A stretch of 64,000 nucleotides of DNA, from assembly GCA_043228905.1 (NCBI GenBank), contig JBHGNT010000011.1, positions 9,734,001 through 9,798,000 of the forward strand, in the 5' to 3' direction. The notes below the pieces were generated by a model. That model was given only the letters and a program-made list of their open reading frames with translations. It was not told the DNA's origin and did no database searches. A program made the position numbers and the translations under genes. Shown piece by piece: positions 48,890 to 62,016 of this stretch. This DNA comes from Azolla caroliniana. Lineage: Eukaryota > Plantae > Polypodiophyta. Numbering within the stretch: position 1 is the stretch's first letter; every line of letters starts with the position of its first letter.

Positions 48890-51800
48890 AGAACCATGGG
48901 AGGCGAACCATGTGTCACAACGGTTAACCGCAGCCGAAGAGGAACGATCTAAGATAGCCGAATTCGGCATGACATTGGAAGGACCGGCCGCCAAATGGCA
49001 CCGGACGCAGGAGCCTAGCACCATCACCACCTTTGCGGACCTGAAAGCTAAATTCTTGCACTTCTTTCAGAAGGAGGTGGACCAGAGAGTGGGCCTATTT
49101 TATACCATCCGACAGGACCCTGGGGAGAGCATTCTGCAATTTGTCATCCGGTTTCAACGGATGCACATTCAGCTTACCCGAGCACCTCCGGAGGAAGAAA
49201 CACAAGCTATATTCTTAGCCACGCTCCGGGAACCTCTACGTACGGTATGCACGATCATCGACTTTCGCACAAGTATCGTCGACCAGGTCATCGACCGGGT
49301 TAGAGAAATGGAGAAAACAAGCTCTTGGCTAACAATGGGAGCACTCCAACGAGTGTTACCAACCGATGAGGATCTCCGGTTTCGACAGGCCATTCAATGC
49401 ACAACATGCCTAAATGCCGGACACTCAGCACTAGAATGTACGTTGCAGTCACAATGTCTACTGTGCCATTCCAGGAACCACACAATGGAGTAGTGCGAGT
49501 ACAATTTGTTGAATCGCCAAGCACCACCGGTTCGGCAAATCGAACCACGGAGTACCAAGGAGGTGGAAGAAGAACGTTGGAGGCAAGAAGAGCAATACCG
49601 ATCGGCACAGGATGTCCGGTACAGGGACAACCCTGACCGGTATGAGAGATATGATCGATACCGGGATTATAATGGACGGTATGAAAGATACAATCGGGAC
49701 CAATCCCCCGGTTATAACCAACAACGGGAAGCCTACGGCAGACATGATGACCAGCCCCGTCAAGAGTATCGGAACAAAAAGAAACGCCATTTCAAGAAAA
49801 GGGGTCACCTACGGGAACCGGAGAAGGGCGCCTCAAGCAGCCAACCGGATCAAAGCCCTGCCGTTACCGTAGGTCCTCCACCAGGAGCAGGAAACAATGC
49901 CAAATCCAGCACTACCCGGAAAGCATATTGCTACTATTGCCGACAAGAAAGACATTATAGTAATCAATTCCCGGCAAAAAGCTATGATAAACGACCGGCG
50001 GTGAACATGGTAGTCGCCGAAGTCACCGACCTGCAGCAGGTAACCACAAGATCGAAGGGTAAGGCGACGAAATGGGTAAAAAAGGCGAATGCGCGAAACA
50101 TGGCAGAGCTTGCGCAGCAAAAGGAAAATACCGAAGAGCTCGCCGGCAGTAGTTAGCCCGAAAATGCGACATGGCAGGCATTGCAAGAATGCCAAATCAC
50201 GCTGCCATTAGGACGGCTCCTGCAGCTAGTGCCCAGATTCACAGAAGGACTCAAGACAGGCATGACGGCAGGAGAAACACCACCGGCTCCAACATTCTTC
50301 TCAAATCCGGAGGAGGGACCGGCAGTAGTACACACAAACAGTCCGGCGATCACAACCATCGTGAAGGGAAAGGAGTTACCCGGAACAGTACTAGATGGAG
50401 GATCTGGCGTCAATGTGATTAGCCTTCGAACGTGCAAAACCTTGGGAATCCAAGAGTGGGAACCATGCCCGTTCTGACTGCGGATGGCGGATACAAGCTC
50501 ACTGCAACCGACCGGCTTGATACGAGATTTGGATGTAATGATCGGCGGCCACACATTTCGCATCTCGGTGGAGGATCCGACGTCAATGTGATTAGCCTCC
50601 GAACGTGCAAAACCTTGGGAATCCAAGAGTGGGAACCATGCCCGTTCTGACTGTGGATGGCGGATACAAGCTCAGTGCGACCGACCGGCTTGATACGAGA
50701 TTTGGATGTAATGATCGGCGGCCACACATTTCGCATCTCGGCAGTAGTGCTACAACTACAGGCATAGGGAGCTTACCCACTATTGTTGGGGCGGCCGTGG
50801 TTGAAAACGGCGCACATTAAACAAAACTGGAGGAAGAATATAATCACCTTCCGGCGGGGAAAAGCAAAAGTACGGGTACCAAGAAGGAATTGACACTCCT
50901 ATATGCCGAATGCGTCAATATGCTGGACGGATTAGCAGACGAAGAGGTAGATCAATACTTGTAGGATAATCCGAAGATCGTACCTCTGTTTGAAATCGAC
51001 ATAGCTGAAGCCATATCACCATACATACTGCCACTGGACAGAGCCGACGAGGAACCAAATAAAGAAGTGATCGGGGAGCTATGGCAATCACAAGAGGTGC
51101 TGGAAAGAAAAATGGCCGTATCGCAACGGGTCAAAGCATCCCAACTAGAGGAGGTAAATCTAGGAACTACGGAAGAGGCGAGAGCAGTGCACATCGCCAA
51201 GGAGATGACTCCAGAGAACAAAACGGCGATGATTACACTTCTCAAAGAATTTCGGGACGTATTTGCTTTGACTTACGAGGAGATGCGAGGGCTCGATCCT
51301 CAGCTATATCAGCATCAGATACATTTGAGCAAAGATGCCAAACCGGTAGCACAACGGTGGTACCGGATGAATCCAAATTACACCGCCAAAGTCAAGGAGA
51401 AAATTGACAAGTTGCTGAGGGTTGGCTTTATCCGCCCCGTAAAGAAATCTACATGGCTGAGCCCGATAGTAGTTGTACCAAAGAAAAACGGCAAAATTAG
51501 AGTTTGTGTTGACTACCGTAAGCTTAACGCGGCGATGGTAACAGATGCATTCCCACTCCCATTTACGGATGGAGTTTTGGACGCAGTCGCCGGCCATGAG
51601 GTATACAGTTTCTTAGATAGATTCAGCGGATACAACCAGATCCGGATGCACCCCGATGACCAGGAGAAAACAACTTTCCTCACCGAATGGGGAGTGTTTG
51701 TTGCCATAGTAATGATGTTCGGACTAAAAACGGCGCCAACAACGTTCCAGAGGATCATCATGGAAACATTCGGAGAATTTATACTGGCATTCATGTAGGT

Positions 51801-54143
51801 GTTTTGGATGACTTTGCCGTCTATAGCCGGGAAGGGGATCACTTCCAGCACCTCCGACTGTGTCTAGAGAAATGTCGGGCTTACCGGCTAAGCTTGAATC
51901 CGGCAAAATGTGTATTCGGAGTGTCAAGCGGGGCGCTATTAGGACACATTGTGAGCAAGGAAGGAATTGTCGTGGACCCGGACAAAGTAAAAGCAATCTT
52001 GGAGGCACCGGCACCGACAACGGCCAAAGCATTAAGCCGTTTCTTAGGCCAAATCCGGTGGCATAGCCGAATGCTCCGGTATCTAGCGGACCTAGCTACA
52101 CCACTGCATGTTGCGGTACACTGAACACCGTTCCAGTGGACCGATACCGAAGACAAGGCATACCGGGCACTCAAAGTACTATTGTCGCAAATGCCGGTAG
52201 TGCAACCCCCGAATTGGGCTAAGGAGTTTCATGTGTTCATGGATGCGTCCGACATTGCAATCGGAAGTGCGCTGATGCAACTTACAGAGCCAAGGTGGTA
52301 CCGGCATGTATATTACGTAAGGCGAAAGTTATCCCAAGCCGAACGAAATTATTTCACCACGGAAAGGGAAGCTTTGGGCATGATCTACAACGTGACAAAA
52401 TTTAGACATTATTTGCAGGGATCATTCAGCACTCCTCTATTTAGTTTCCAAAGCGTCACTAACCGGTAAGTTGGCACGGTGGACGTTACTGTTGCAGGAA
52501 TTTGAGTTCGAAATATTCCACCGACCCGGCATATAGCACGCAGTAGCAGACCATTTGAGCCGGTTAGATTCCGGCGAACTGGTGACGGAGTCCTGAACGA
52601 GTTTCCGGATGCTGAGCTATTTCGAGCCACCGCGGAAACGACAACAGATGAAATGGTGGCACAAGAAGATAAGTGGCTAACGAATATGCAACAATTTCTG
52701 AGCACTGGATTGCCTCCGGAGGAGATGAACCGGGACGAGAGGAAACGCCTGGCAGTACAAAGACAACACTTCTATTTAGTATGGGACATGCTATACCACA
52801 AAGGCACGGACGGTATATGACGATGGGCGGTGCACATCGACGAGAAGGATATAATACTACGAGAAGCACACTGCGGAGTCGCCGGAGGCCATTACGCCGG
52901 AGATGCTACGACAAGGAAGATATGGCAGAGTGGCCTATGGTGGCCGACAACATTGAAAGACGTGGTCCGGTACGCTAAAGAATGCGATCTATGTCAGCGA
53001 ATGGGCTAGCCAACCGAACAAGCTAGGATGCTGCACCAGCCGGTACTGCCGTTAAAACCATTTCAAAAATGGGGACTGGATTTTGTGGGTCCATTCAAAC
53101 CACCGGCAATGAGAACCGGCAACCGGTATGTGATTGTAGCTACGGATTACTGCACGAAATGGGTAGAAGCCAAAGCCTTGCGCGACAACATCGCGGCGTC
53201 GACAACGAAATTCTTGTATGAATACATCTGGTGCAGGTATGAATGCCCGATCGAGCTAATAAGTGACCAAGGAGGGCTCTTCCTCGGCCAAGTGGTGGAA
53301 AGCTTGACGTCGTTCTATGCCGTGGTGCATAAACGGATCACGCCATACTATCCGCAAGCAAACGGGTTAGCCGAATCGACGAATAAAACGCTACAGAATA
53401 TCCTTCGGAAAATCGTCAACGAAAACCGGACAGACTGGGATACGAAGTTGCATAGCGCCCTATGGGCTTACCAAACAACTTACAAAACAAGCATCCAAAC
53501 CACACCGTTCCGGCTAGCATTCGGATTGGAGGCCGTCATGCCGGTAGAGTTCTAGGTCCCGAGCTTGCGGATTCAGATTAGGGAATGGTTAAACGAGAAG
53601 GAATCGGAGGCAATTCGGTTAGCAGCTCTGTGTGAACTAGAAGAACACTGACTAGCGAGTATCATGCACCTGGAACTGGAGCAACGACGAAGAAAGACGT
53701 TTGTGGATCGCCACCCAAAAGGAAATGGAAAGATGTTTGGAATCGGCAAGCCGGTACTAGTGTTCCAGACCCTGATGGGCAAGATGCCGGGGAAACTACG
53801 GTTTTGGTGGACCGGATCGTACTGGATCACACGCGAGTTCAATGGATCCTACCAGTTAGGGACACTTGCTGGCGAGGTCCTGGGTAAGTGGGTCAACGGG
53901 TTTCGACTAAAGCCATACAAGGGACCCATGCCGAGGAACCCATTTGAACAAGGAAAGGCCGATGCCGAACCAGATACCAGCATACCGGAAACAACGGTAA
54001 CCCAATTAGCAATCGGTAATAACGAAGCCGGTAAGGGGGACAAAGAGCCGGCACATGGGTTGGATAAGAGGATGGCAAACCGGCACGAGGCCGGCAAGAT
54101 TCCTCATTCGGGTAAGGGTCCGATAGGACTGGAGACGAATTAA
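48890..54143 (+). pseudogene. Ty3-B gag-pol, multiple nonsense codons, 173-bp duplication in the protease (50396-50741)
   Basis: Track ORFs 48837, 49506, 50181, 51067, 51687, 52182, 53028 and 53664 give collinear gag-PR-RT-RH-IN fragments. Confidence 0.88.
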
Positions 54144-54212
54144 CCTAACAATTGATATTAAAAAAAATAAAAAATAAAAAAAACAAAAAAATCGAAACGA
54201 ATCAAAGAAATC

Positions 54213-57200
54213 ATGCAAAGGAGTGGTGGAAACGGCCATGCAAACGAGGAGTAAGGAGGCACTTCAAAAAGGTACGAGGAGGCTATGAACAGGGCATTAA
54301 ACCACCGCCACATGGCACGTAATGCTATTATAGTACACGACCTGCACACGCAGAGGCTCGAAAAAGGCGCCAAGATGCAGAGAGAAAACTCCCCCCGCAT
54401 CGAGACCTTCTTCTTCCGCGAACCAAGGAGCACAAATGCACACAGGAGCTTAAAGATCATCAGAATAGAGCCAACACACATAGAGCTTCCTTACACAGAG
54501 CCTCCTCACACAGAGCTTCCTCATACACAACCCTCACCAATGCTGTCTGACCTCGACGCAGACATGGACTGCCAGACTCTCTCTGAGGCCGCCAAGAAAT
54601 GGCTACGACAACACAGATTGGAGGGGTTCCTCACAATCATGGGCGCACCACCACACAAAGAAGCCGACAAGATCATCAAAGAAATTGACACCGAGCTTAT
54701 CATGGAGGAAGCGATCCGTGCACTAACAAGCCTTCCGGAGGGGGGCATCTGTACTATTGACAACCCTACCTCCGAACGACTCATCAAATACTTTGACGAG
54801 TATTCTCTGGCCAACAAGGGCTATAGGACGCAGGGCGGAGAAGATATGTTATTCCGAGAAATTTCCCGTGTACTCCATGAGTTCGGCCACGTATACCTTC
54901 GACCCCCCGTTATGCCTCAGAACCGAGCAGGCTTGATCATCGCAACATACGAAGGGGTCAAGGTGGATTGGCTGGTGCTGATCGCCGACGGATTGTTTGC
55001 GGCTATTGACACCGTAAGAGGTAAGGAAGCCAAAGAAGGCCGGAAAATATGGCATGCAGTGGCGCATTGGCTCACCCTATTGGCGCCACCTGTCAAGCCT
55101 GTCCAGACCAAGAAGCATGGAAGAGTAACGGACGACACCTTGAAAGCTGCTTCAGAACGATAGCAGTTGTTGGCTACCAAGACCACTAAGGAGAAGACAG
55201 CCGACACGGAGCAGGCGGCGAAGGAGCGCGCCATCCGGAAGCAGCCGACGGACAAGCAAGAGGAGACACCGGTGCGGTCCCTGAAGAGCACACTCCGCCG
55301 ACCGGTGCAGCAAGAAACGGACACCCTGGCGGCAAGAATGAATGCCGGGACTCAGGAGGAGGAAACGGAGGAAGAACCTACGGAGCACCTCCAACGGCGG
55401 CCGAAGAAGAGCGCCGCAAAATCAGTCGAGAAGCGTTCGGACCCACAGAAGGATGGAACGCCTTTACCCCACATTGAGAATCCCACGCCAAGGGAGGAAC
55501 CGGTCTCAGAAGCCCCTGCACAACAGGCAATACCAGTGGGTCAAGAAAGGGCAAGCCCCAAAATGCAAGCGCCGGTAAGGCATGTGCCACCTTCCTCAGC
55601 CGGCCAAGAACAAGCAGAACAAGAGTGGCCAGCCGAAACACAACCGGAACCTGGACGGCAAAGTGGTTAGCAGGCAGGGCCGGAATTGCAGCTCGACGCA
55701 GTTAGGCGGGACCGGCCACTGGCAAGTGAACCCACCAGCCAACCCTCCGTGCAGACGCAACAACAGGGCACTGGCAGCCAATGGCTCCAGTGGATAGGAG
55801 AGCAGGTTGCCAGAGTGATACTGTATGTAGAGGCGGAAGAACGAGCGCAGATGGAACGGTTGCTAGTCACAACTGATGAACTAGAGACGGCCCGGTCAAG
55901 GATCCGGTGCCTTGAACAAGACTTGGATCGGGTCACAGAACACATGGACAAAATGGCCTTAACCGCAACATAGATCCAAGCACCGGTGACTTCGATGGAT
56001 GTACAAAATAAAGAAACAACCACGCCTGTACATACGAATAAGACCCCGACGACAGAAACCGTCCCGGAGAAAGATGCGGCGCAAGCCCAAGAGCTTGGCG
56101 AATTAAGGGACGAACTTGCCGCACAAGAAGCACAATGGAGCCGCGAACGAGATTTGAAGAAAGCTGCAAAAGAGGAGTTAAAGAAGACTGCTGAAAACCT
56201 CCGTCGGGCAGAAGAAAATCTGCGGAAAGGGCATCAAGCTTATGATCGGCTAAAGGAGGAAAAAGAAAACCTGCTGCAGGAGAAGGACAAGCTGTGACGG
56301 ATGGCGGAAACGGAAATCGAAAGGCTAAAAGAAGAACTCCGTCAACAAAAGGACCGGGAAGACTGCGCTCGCCGGCAAATCAACCAACGGCTAAAGCAGA
56401 AGACAAAGGACTTCGAGCACCTGCACTGGAACTTTAAGAGCTTGGACATGGAGCATAAGCAACAGTAGGAAAGGATGGCCGAGCTCCGGTAGGAAGTTGA
56501 TCGGGCCACCACGGCACTCGCCGATGAACGGGTTGAGAATACAAAGCTATTGGAGGAAGCGGTGAGGGACCGGATGGAGCTTCACAACCAGCACAATGAA
56601 GAAAAGGAGAGGGTGACAATGGTGTTACAAAGGTTGCAAACAACCTATCAAAGTCAATTGTCGCATTATAGGGAGCAAGAGGCGGACACGGTCAGAATCA
56701 TCAAGCAATTGAAAGAGGAGCGACAAGCCACGGAGAACAAATCATAGATGGGAACCGAACGGATCCAGTGCATCCTCCGGGCATGGCTAAACAAGTCCAA
56801 ACGCTTGATGGACGAGAGCTCCGTGAGATGGTGGACGAAATGGGCGTAGAATACGGCTGAACTCCAGTTGCTCAGGGAGGACGCGGAAAACCAGTGGAAG
56901 GAAGGTGACGACTGTTACATGCTCACATTGGAGGACTTCACCGCCATAAAGGATGAGCTGGCAGAGGATTTCACAGCTCTGGCGGATGAGCAATTGGTGC
57001 AGGTCCGGCAACTCATAGCTCAACTGGACAACGATCGGATGGAGGCTCAAATCCAGTTTGAGAGCTATGAGAGGTCCCGGCTTAGGGAAGAAAAAGCAAG
57101 GCAGGCGGCAATGGTCAACCTCAGTGATGAGGAACCGTCACTGGTACAAGGACCAGACGGAGACCAAGCCAGGGTAAGTCAATCAGAGACAACTCCAATG

Positions 57201-57383
57201 GAGGAAACAACGAAGGAAACGCCGGTGCCAGGGCAACAATCAGAGTCACAGTTGGAGTCGGAGCAGCCACCACGACAGCCACCACAGTAGCCACAACAAC
57301 AACCACAACAACAACAACAGATTCCCGTCGAGCCATTGGATACTTTGGAGCAAAGCATTCTGGACATTTTGGACAAAGAGTAA
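54213..57383 (+). pseudogene. Ty3-B additional ORF (~1056 codons): globular domain, low-complexity linker, long coiled coil
   Basis: Six track ORFs (54285, 55167, 55686, 55986, 56550, 56868) share one frame from ATG 54213 to TAA 57383. I count 10 internal stops and no frameshift. Confidence 0.8.
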
Positions 57384-59037
57384 CGGGGCTGAATAGTGGA
57401 TTCGACGTACAAGGTACTGTCCCACGGGCGTGCCATGTGTTACCCGACCGACAAAGGAGCTAAGGACACCGAGACCAGGGTGTGAAAAGGGGAATTGTTA
57501 ATTGGGAATCTGTTGTAATTATTAGTCTTAATATATTAATATATGAGAAGATGTGGACGGACGGACCGAATCGGTATGCCGATCCGGATTCGGACCGATC
57601 CTGAATAGGTGTCGGTTGGCACCCTTTTGTACTTCGCACCGGTGACCTATATAAAGGCCCGATTACAATGTAGTCATTAACGAAGAGTAATATAAACCTT
57701 TTGTTTAATCATTGAGTATTGTTCACCGTTCTGTGCTTATTGTATATCTTACGCGTGTTAATGACGTATTACTAAGTAACCGATTAAGGTCCAATTAAGC
57801 GTTGTGTCGTAAGTTATCTCGCCGTAACACCCTTTGGTGAAGTGTCTTAAGGGGACACCCTGTGTTAGGCTGTTGTCCGGCCCTAAGGATTAACAAAAAG
57901 AGGTTCCTGGAACAATAATCGATGGCGGATTAGGTGTCAACATAATCAGCGAGTGTACTTGTCACAACTTGGGCATTTGGAAATGGGAACCATGCCCATT
58001 CTGGTTGCAGATGGTGGATACAAGTTCAGCTGGACCAATGGGACTAATCAGAGATTTGGAGATCATAATGGGTGGTCATTCCTTCAAGATATCTGCGGTG
58101 GTACTTTAGTTGACAGCAGGATGCGCATATCCATTGCTGTTAGGGCGTTCGTGGTTGCGAACAACCCACATCAAACAAATTTGGCAAAAGAACATCATTA
58201 GTTGTCGTCGTGGAAGGACAAAGTTACAGATACTGACACAAGAACGTGCAACCACCAACAAATAGCTCACAATGTTATACATAGAAGTAGTTAATATGCT
58301 CGAGGGATTGGCAGATGAGGAAGTGGACCAATATTTATTCGGCAACCGAAGGATTGTACCACTGTTTGAAATAGATGTAACAGAAGTGGTAATTCCGTAC
58401 ATAATCGGCAAAGAGGAATATATCGTTGAACCGGTATGGGAATTCCCAAGGAGCTCTGAGATGTCCAAGAAGCACTGGAGAAGGAACTAGCAGTGTCCCA
58501 CCGCATGAAGGCATCTACACTAGAGGAACTAAATTTAGGCACGGTCGAAGAACCACGGCTGGTAAGTGTCACCAAGGAAATGCGATCAGAGGAGAAAGCG
58601 ATGCACATATTATTGCTAACGGACTATAAGGATGTGTTCACATGGTCATACGAAGACATGAAGGGGCTTGACCCACAATTTTATCAGCACCAAATACACT
58701 TGAATAAAGATGCAAAATCAGTAGCACAAAGACGTTACTAGATGAACCTCAATTATGTAGTCAAGGTCAAAGAAGAAATCAATAAATTGTTACGGGTTGG
58801 ATTTATCAAGTAGGTGAAACATGCAACATGGCTGAGTCCAAATCGTGGTGGTCCCTAAGAAGAATGGGTAGATTAGGGTTTGTGTGGATTATTGGAAACG
58901 GAACGCATCAATGATAATAGATGCGTTTCTGCTACCTTTTACACATAGAGTGTTAGATGTGGTAGCCGGAGGCATACAATTTTCTACACTGATTCAATGG
59001 CTACAGCCAAATTTGGATGATCAAGAAAAAATTGCGT

Positions 59038-62016
59038 TGCCATGCCTTACGGCTCCGGATCGTTGCGTGAGTCGGGTGGGAACCGCTGGGGTTTTGGATT
59101 AGGAGGAAAGAAAATTCTAAGGCAATTAAGAATATGAAATATATTGTAAGAAAGAAAGATATGAAAAACTCGTGAATCCCACGATTTAGTGTATTAGTGA
59201 GTACTCAATTTAAGAGAGAAAAATAGTTAGGAAACTCGTGGATCCCACGATTATATTATATCAATCAACCCTTGTAAAATAATCAACAACCTCTATACAT
59301 CTTTCTCTCTTCCTTATATAGTGTTGGAAGAGTCTAAGTTTATCACATGCAAGCATCATGCTTTTCCTATCTTTAGTTTTCATGCACACTGCATGTGCAT
59401 GATTAGCTTTCTATCTCATCTTTTCTTTTTACTCGAGTGTCTATGCATGAATAACTTTTTGTACCATGCATGTCTAGAAATTTTACATGGGATAAAGTTT
59501 AGTATAACTTTAAAATTCATAATACGCTAGTATAATGATAAGGCTTAACATTATTAACATGGAGGTGCAATGTTCGAATCTTGCCCTATGCATGTAATAT
59601 ATAATTTTATACTTTCTTCTATTTACATATATGTCTCTTCATCTGGTGAGAGACTCTCACCGGCCTTCTTCATCCGGCTCTTGCCGGTCTCCTTATTGGT
59701 TTCAGTCCTCACCGGTTCTTCCTTCCGGTTCTCACTGGGTACTCCATATCCTATCCGGAGAAACCGAAAATGTAATTTTTCACGTAGTGTGTGAATTACA
59801 CTATGACACTCGCCCCCTCCGAACCCGCACATCCTCTAGTATGTGCCGAAGTCCCCGATGCTTGCTATTCACCTTCATCTGAAGCTTCCTCCAATTCTCC
59901 CCTTAAGTCGACTATGAGTTGTAATCCACTTTCCTTGCTTTCCGCATTACCGCGATCTTCGTTCGATTGCTCCTTCTTGTCGGTCTTGTCTAGGATCACC
60001 TAGGGTTCTTCTTCAGTCCGCTTCTTGAAAATCTTCACCCGTTTCTTGGCTATAGGCACTCGTAGCATCGTTCCATCCAACTCACATAGTCGGTAATTTC
60101 CGTTGTCGAAAACTTTCCGAACCTCCTATGGACCGAACCACCTTTTTGCGAACTTCCGTACCGTTGTATGTTGATGATCCAAACTACTGTCATAGACAAT
60201 CACCCAATCTCCTTCTTCAATCTTCCGTGGTCATAGTCGATGCTTGGTGTCGAACTGGCTTTTGTTCCGGAGTCACGCTTCTTGTTGTCGACGTGACGCT
60301 TCCTCGACATCTTCCGGTCTTCCCTCCAGTTGTCGTATCCGGACAGCTCGTAGTTCTTCCCGACTCATCTCTTCCTTCCATGGCAGCATTGTCCATGTCG
60401 CGATTGCGGTTTCCGTCGGCATTACCGGTGCTTGTCCGGTCATAAGTTCTGCCGGCATATAACCGGTTACGGAGCTATGCGTTGTCCGATCCGCCCATAG
60501 TGCATACGGGAGCATCTGCGGCCCATCCATCACCCTTTCGTCGCATGCTTTGGCAAGTGCTTTGACGATCGGACTATGTCCTCGCTTGACCTTCCCGTTG
60601 GCTTCCAGATTGTATGCCGTTGTTAGTGTTAACCGAACTCCATGTTTGGTGAAGAATCCCCTAGCTTTATCAGAGTCAAGTTCTCCCCGATCCGCAATCA
60701 CTTGTCCTACGCACCCGTACCTGCAAAACACTTCTTCCAAAAGAAATTGACATATCGCAGAACACGATTTTCTTCGTAGCGCCCGACCTTCTACTTGATT
60801 TGTGAGATCTTCCCGAGCTAACACCAAGTACTTCTTATGTCCGATCCTGGTTGGCATGGCTACAATTTCGACCATCCATTTGTTGGTGAGAATGTCAGAT
60901 GTAACTCATCTCGATGTCGAACTCCGGAGTAGATTTGACACTTCCCGCAACTTTCCGTGAACTCCAGTATATCTTTGTACATGTTCTTCCACCAATATTT
61001 TTGTTTGATTTTCACAAAAGTTGCCCATGTTCCTTGATGTCCAGCCGAATTGGATTCATGAAATTAAGACATTATCCGGTTTCGTTGCTTTTTCGTCTCG
61101 ACTACTCGAAGTGGTATGCCATCCGGTCTTTTCGGCTCTCTCCATAGTAATCCATTTTTCAAGAAGAACTTTCGGATTGCCGCTTCTTACTTCGGATCTC
61201 GGCTCTCTTCTCTTTATTGTCTGATGATTCCTCGATTTCTTGTAGCACTTTCCCGATCAACAAGCTTTCTCCCTCGTATTCTTCTTCCCAGAATTCTCGG
61301 ATTACGTTCACCCGGCATATGTGCTCCGAAGCAAAGTAGTCTTCGGAAACTTCTTCATTATCGGATTCGGTTATGTTATCTTCGAACCGCGCCCTTGATA
61401 ACATATCCGCTACCGAGTTGTCTTTTCCGGAGATGTGTCGTACCTCCGGATTAAGCGACTTAACATATGCAATCCATCTTAACATAGCCACATCCGGTAT
61501 CGTGCAACACTGCATCATCCCGAGTATTGGAAGACAATCCGTTTCGATCACTACTTCGGCTCCGATCAAATAATCTCGATCCGATTTGATTGCCGACACG
61601 ACTCCCCATAATTCTCTTTTAACTTGTGCATATCCGCGTTGCCTTTCATTGAGAACCTTTGCTCCGAATCGGATCGGATATCGCGAACCTTCCGGATCGG
61701 CTTGATTGATGACCCATCCGATTCCGGTTGGACTTGTGTCAACCGTTACTATGATCGTTCAGTCATAGTTCGGCTTCTTTAGTGCTTATTCCCTCCGTAG
61801 TGATTTCTTGAGCTTCTTCACGGCTTTGGTATGCTCCGGTTGCCATTCAAACTTCTTACCCTTCCGCAACAAGTGATAGAGTGGGTCCGCTATATGTGCA
61901 TAGTGAGGAATCCATATGTGGTAGAATGCACATGCTCCAAGAAACCTTCGAACTTCGGATTGTGACTTGCATACTTCTTTCATAGCTTGAATCATGTCGA
62001 TCTTGGTTGGTGACGG
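59038..62016 (-). mobile_element. Ty3/gypsy element C, 3' part (RT end, RNase H, integrase, 3' LTR 59038-59808)
   Basis: EVRRFLGACAFY, VIETDCLP...VADMLSR, YLVLAREDLTNQVEGRAL...ADRGE...NGKV. PPT GGAGGGGGCGAG precedes the LTR, which has TGYCAT inverted termini. Confidence 0.88.

Larger units (their letters stand above)
48563..57895 (+). mobile_element. Ty3/gypsy element B (non-chromoviral) with an extra 3' ORF
   Basis: 5-bp TSD AAAAG (48558-48562, 57896-57900). 3' LTR 57438-57895. 5' LTR 48563-48889, truncated. gag, PR (VLDGGS), RT (WLSPIVVVPKK, VCVDYRKLN, LDDF), RH (DASD, EREAL), IN (WGLDFVGP, SDQG, NGLAE). Confidence 0.93.
45966..59037 (+). mobile_element. Ty3/gypsy element A (decayed), host of the mini-MITE, Ty3-B and Ty3-C
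   Basis: Putative LTR 45966-46244. gag remnants (YPYPKYNNEPDAKAHVRAF). The protease IKGK|EVPGTIIDGG is split by Ty3-B. RT start at 58493-59030 (DVFTWSYEDMKGLDP). Confidence 0.8.

Noticed and set aside
54213-57383. Retroviral env gene, or stops repaired by U-to-C RNA editing
   Set aside because: No signal peptide or clear TM helix is visible. U-to-C editing is known only in organelles, and methyl-C deamination explains the stops.
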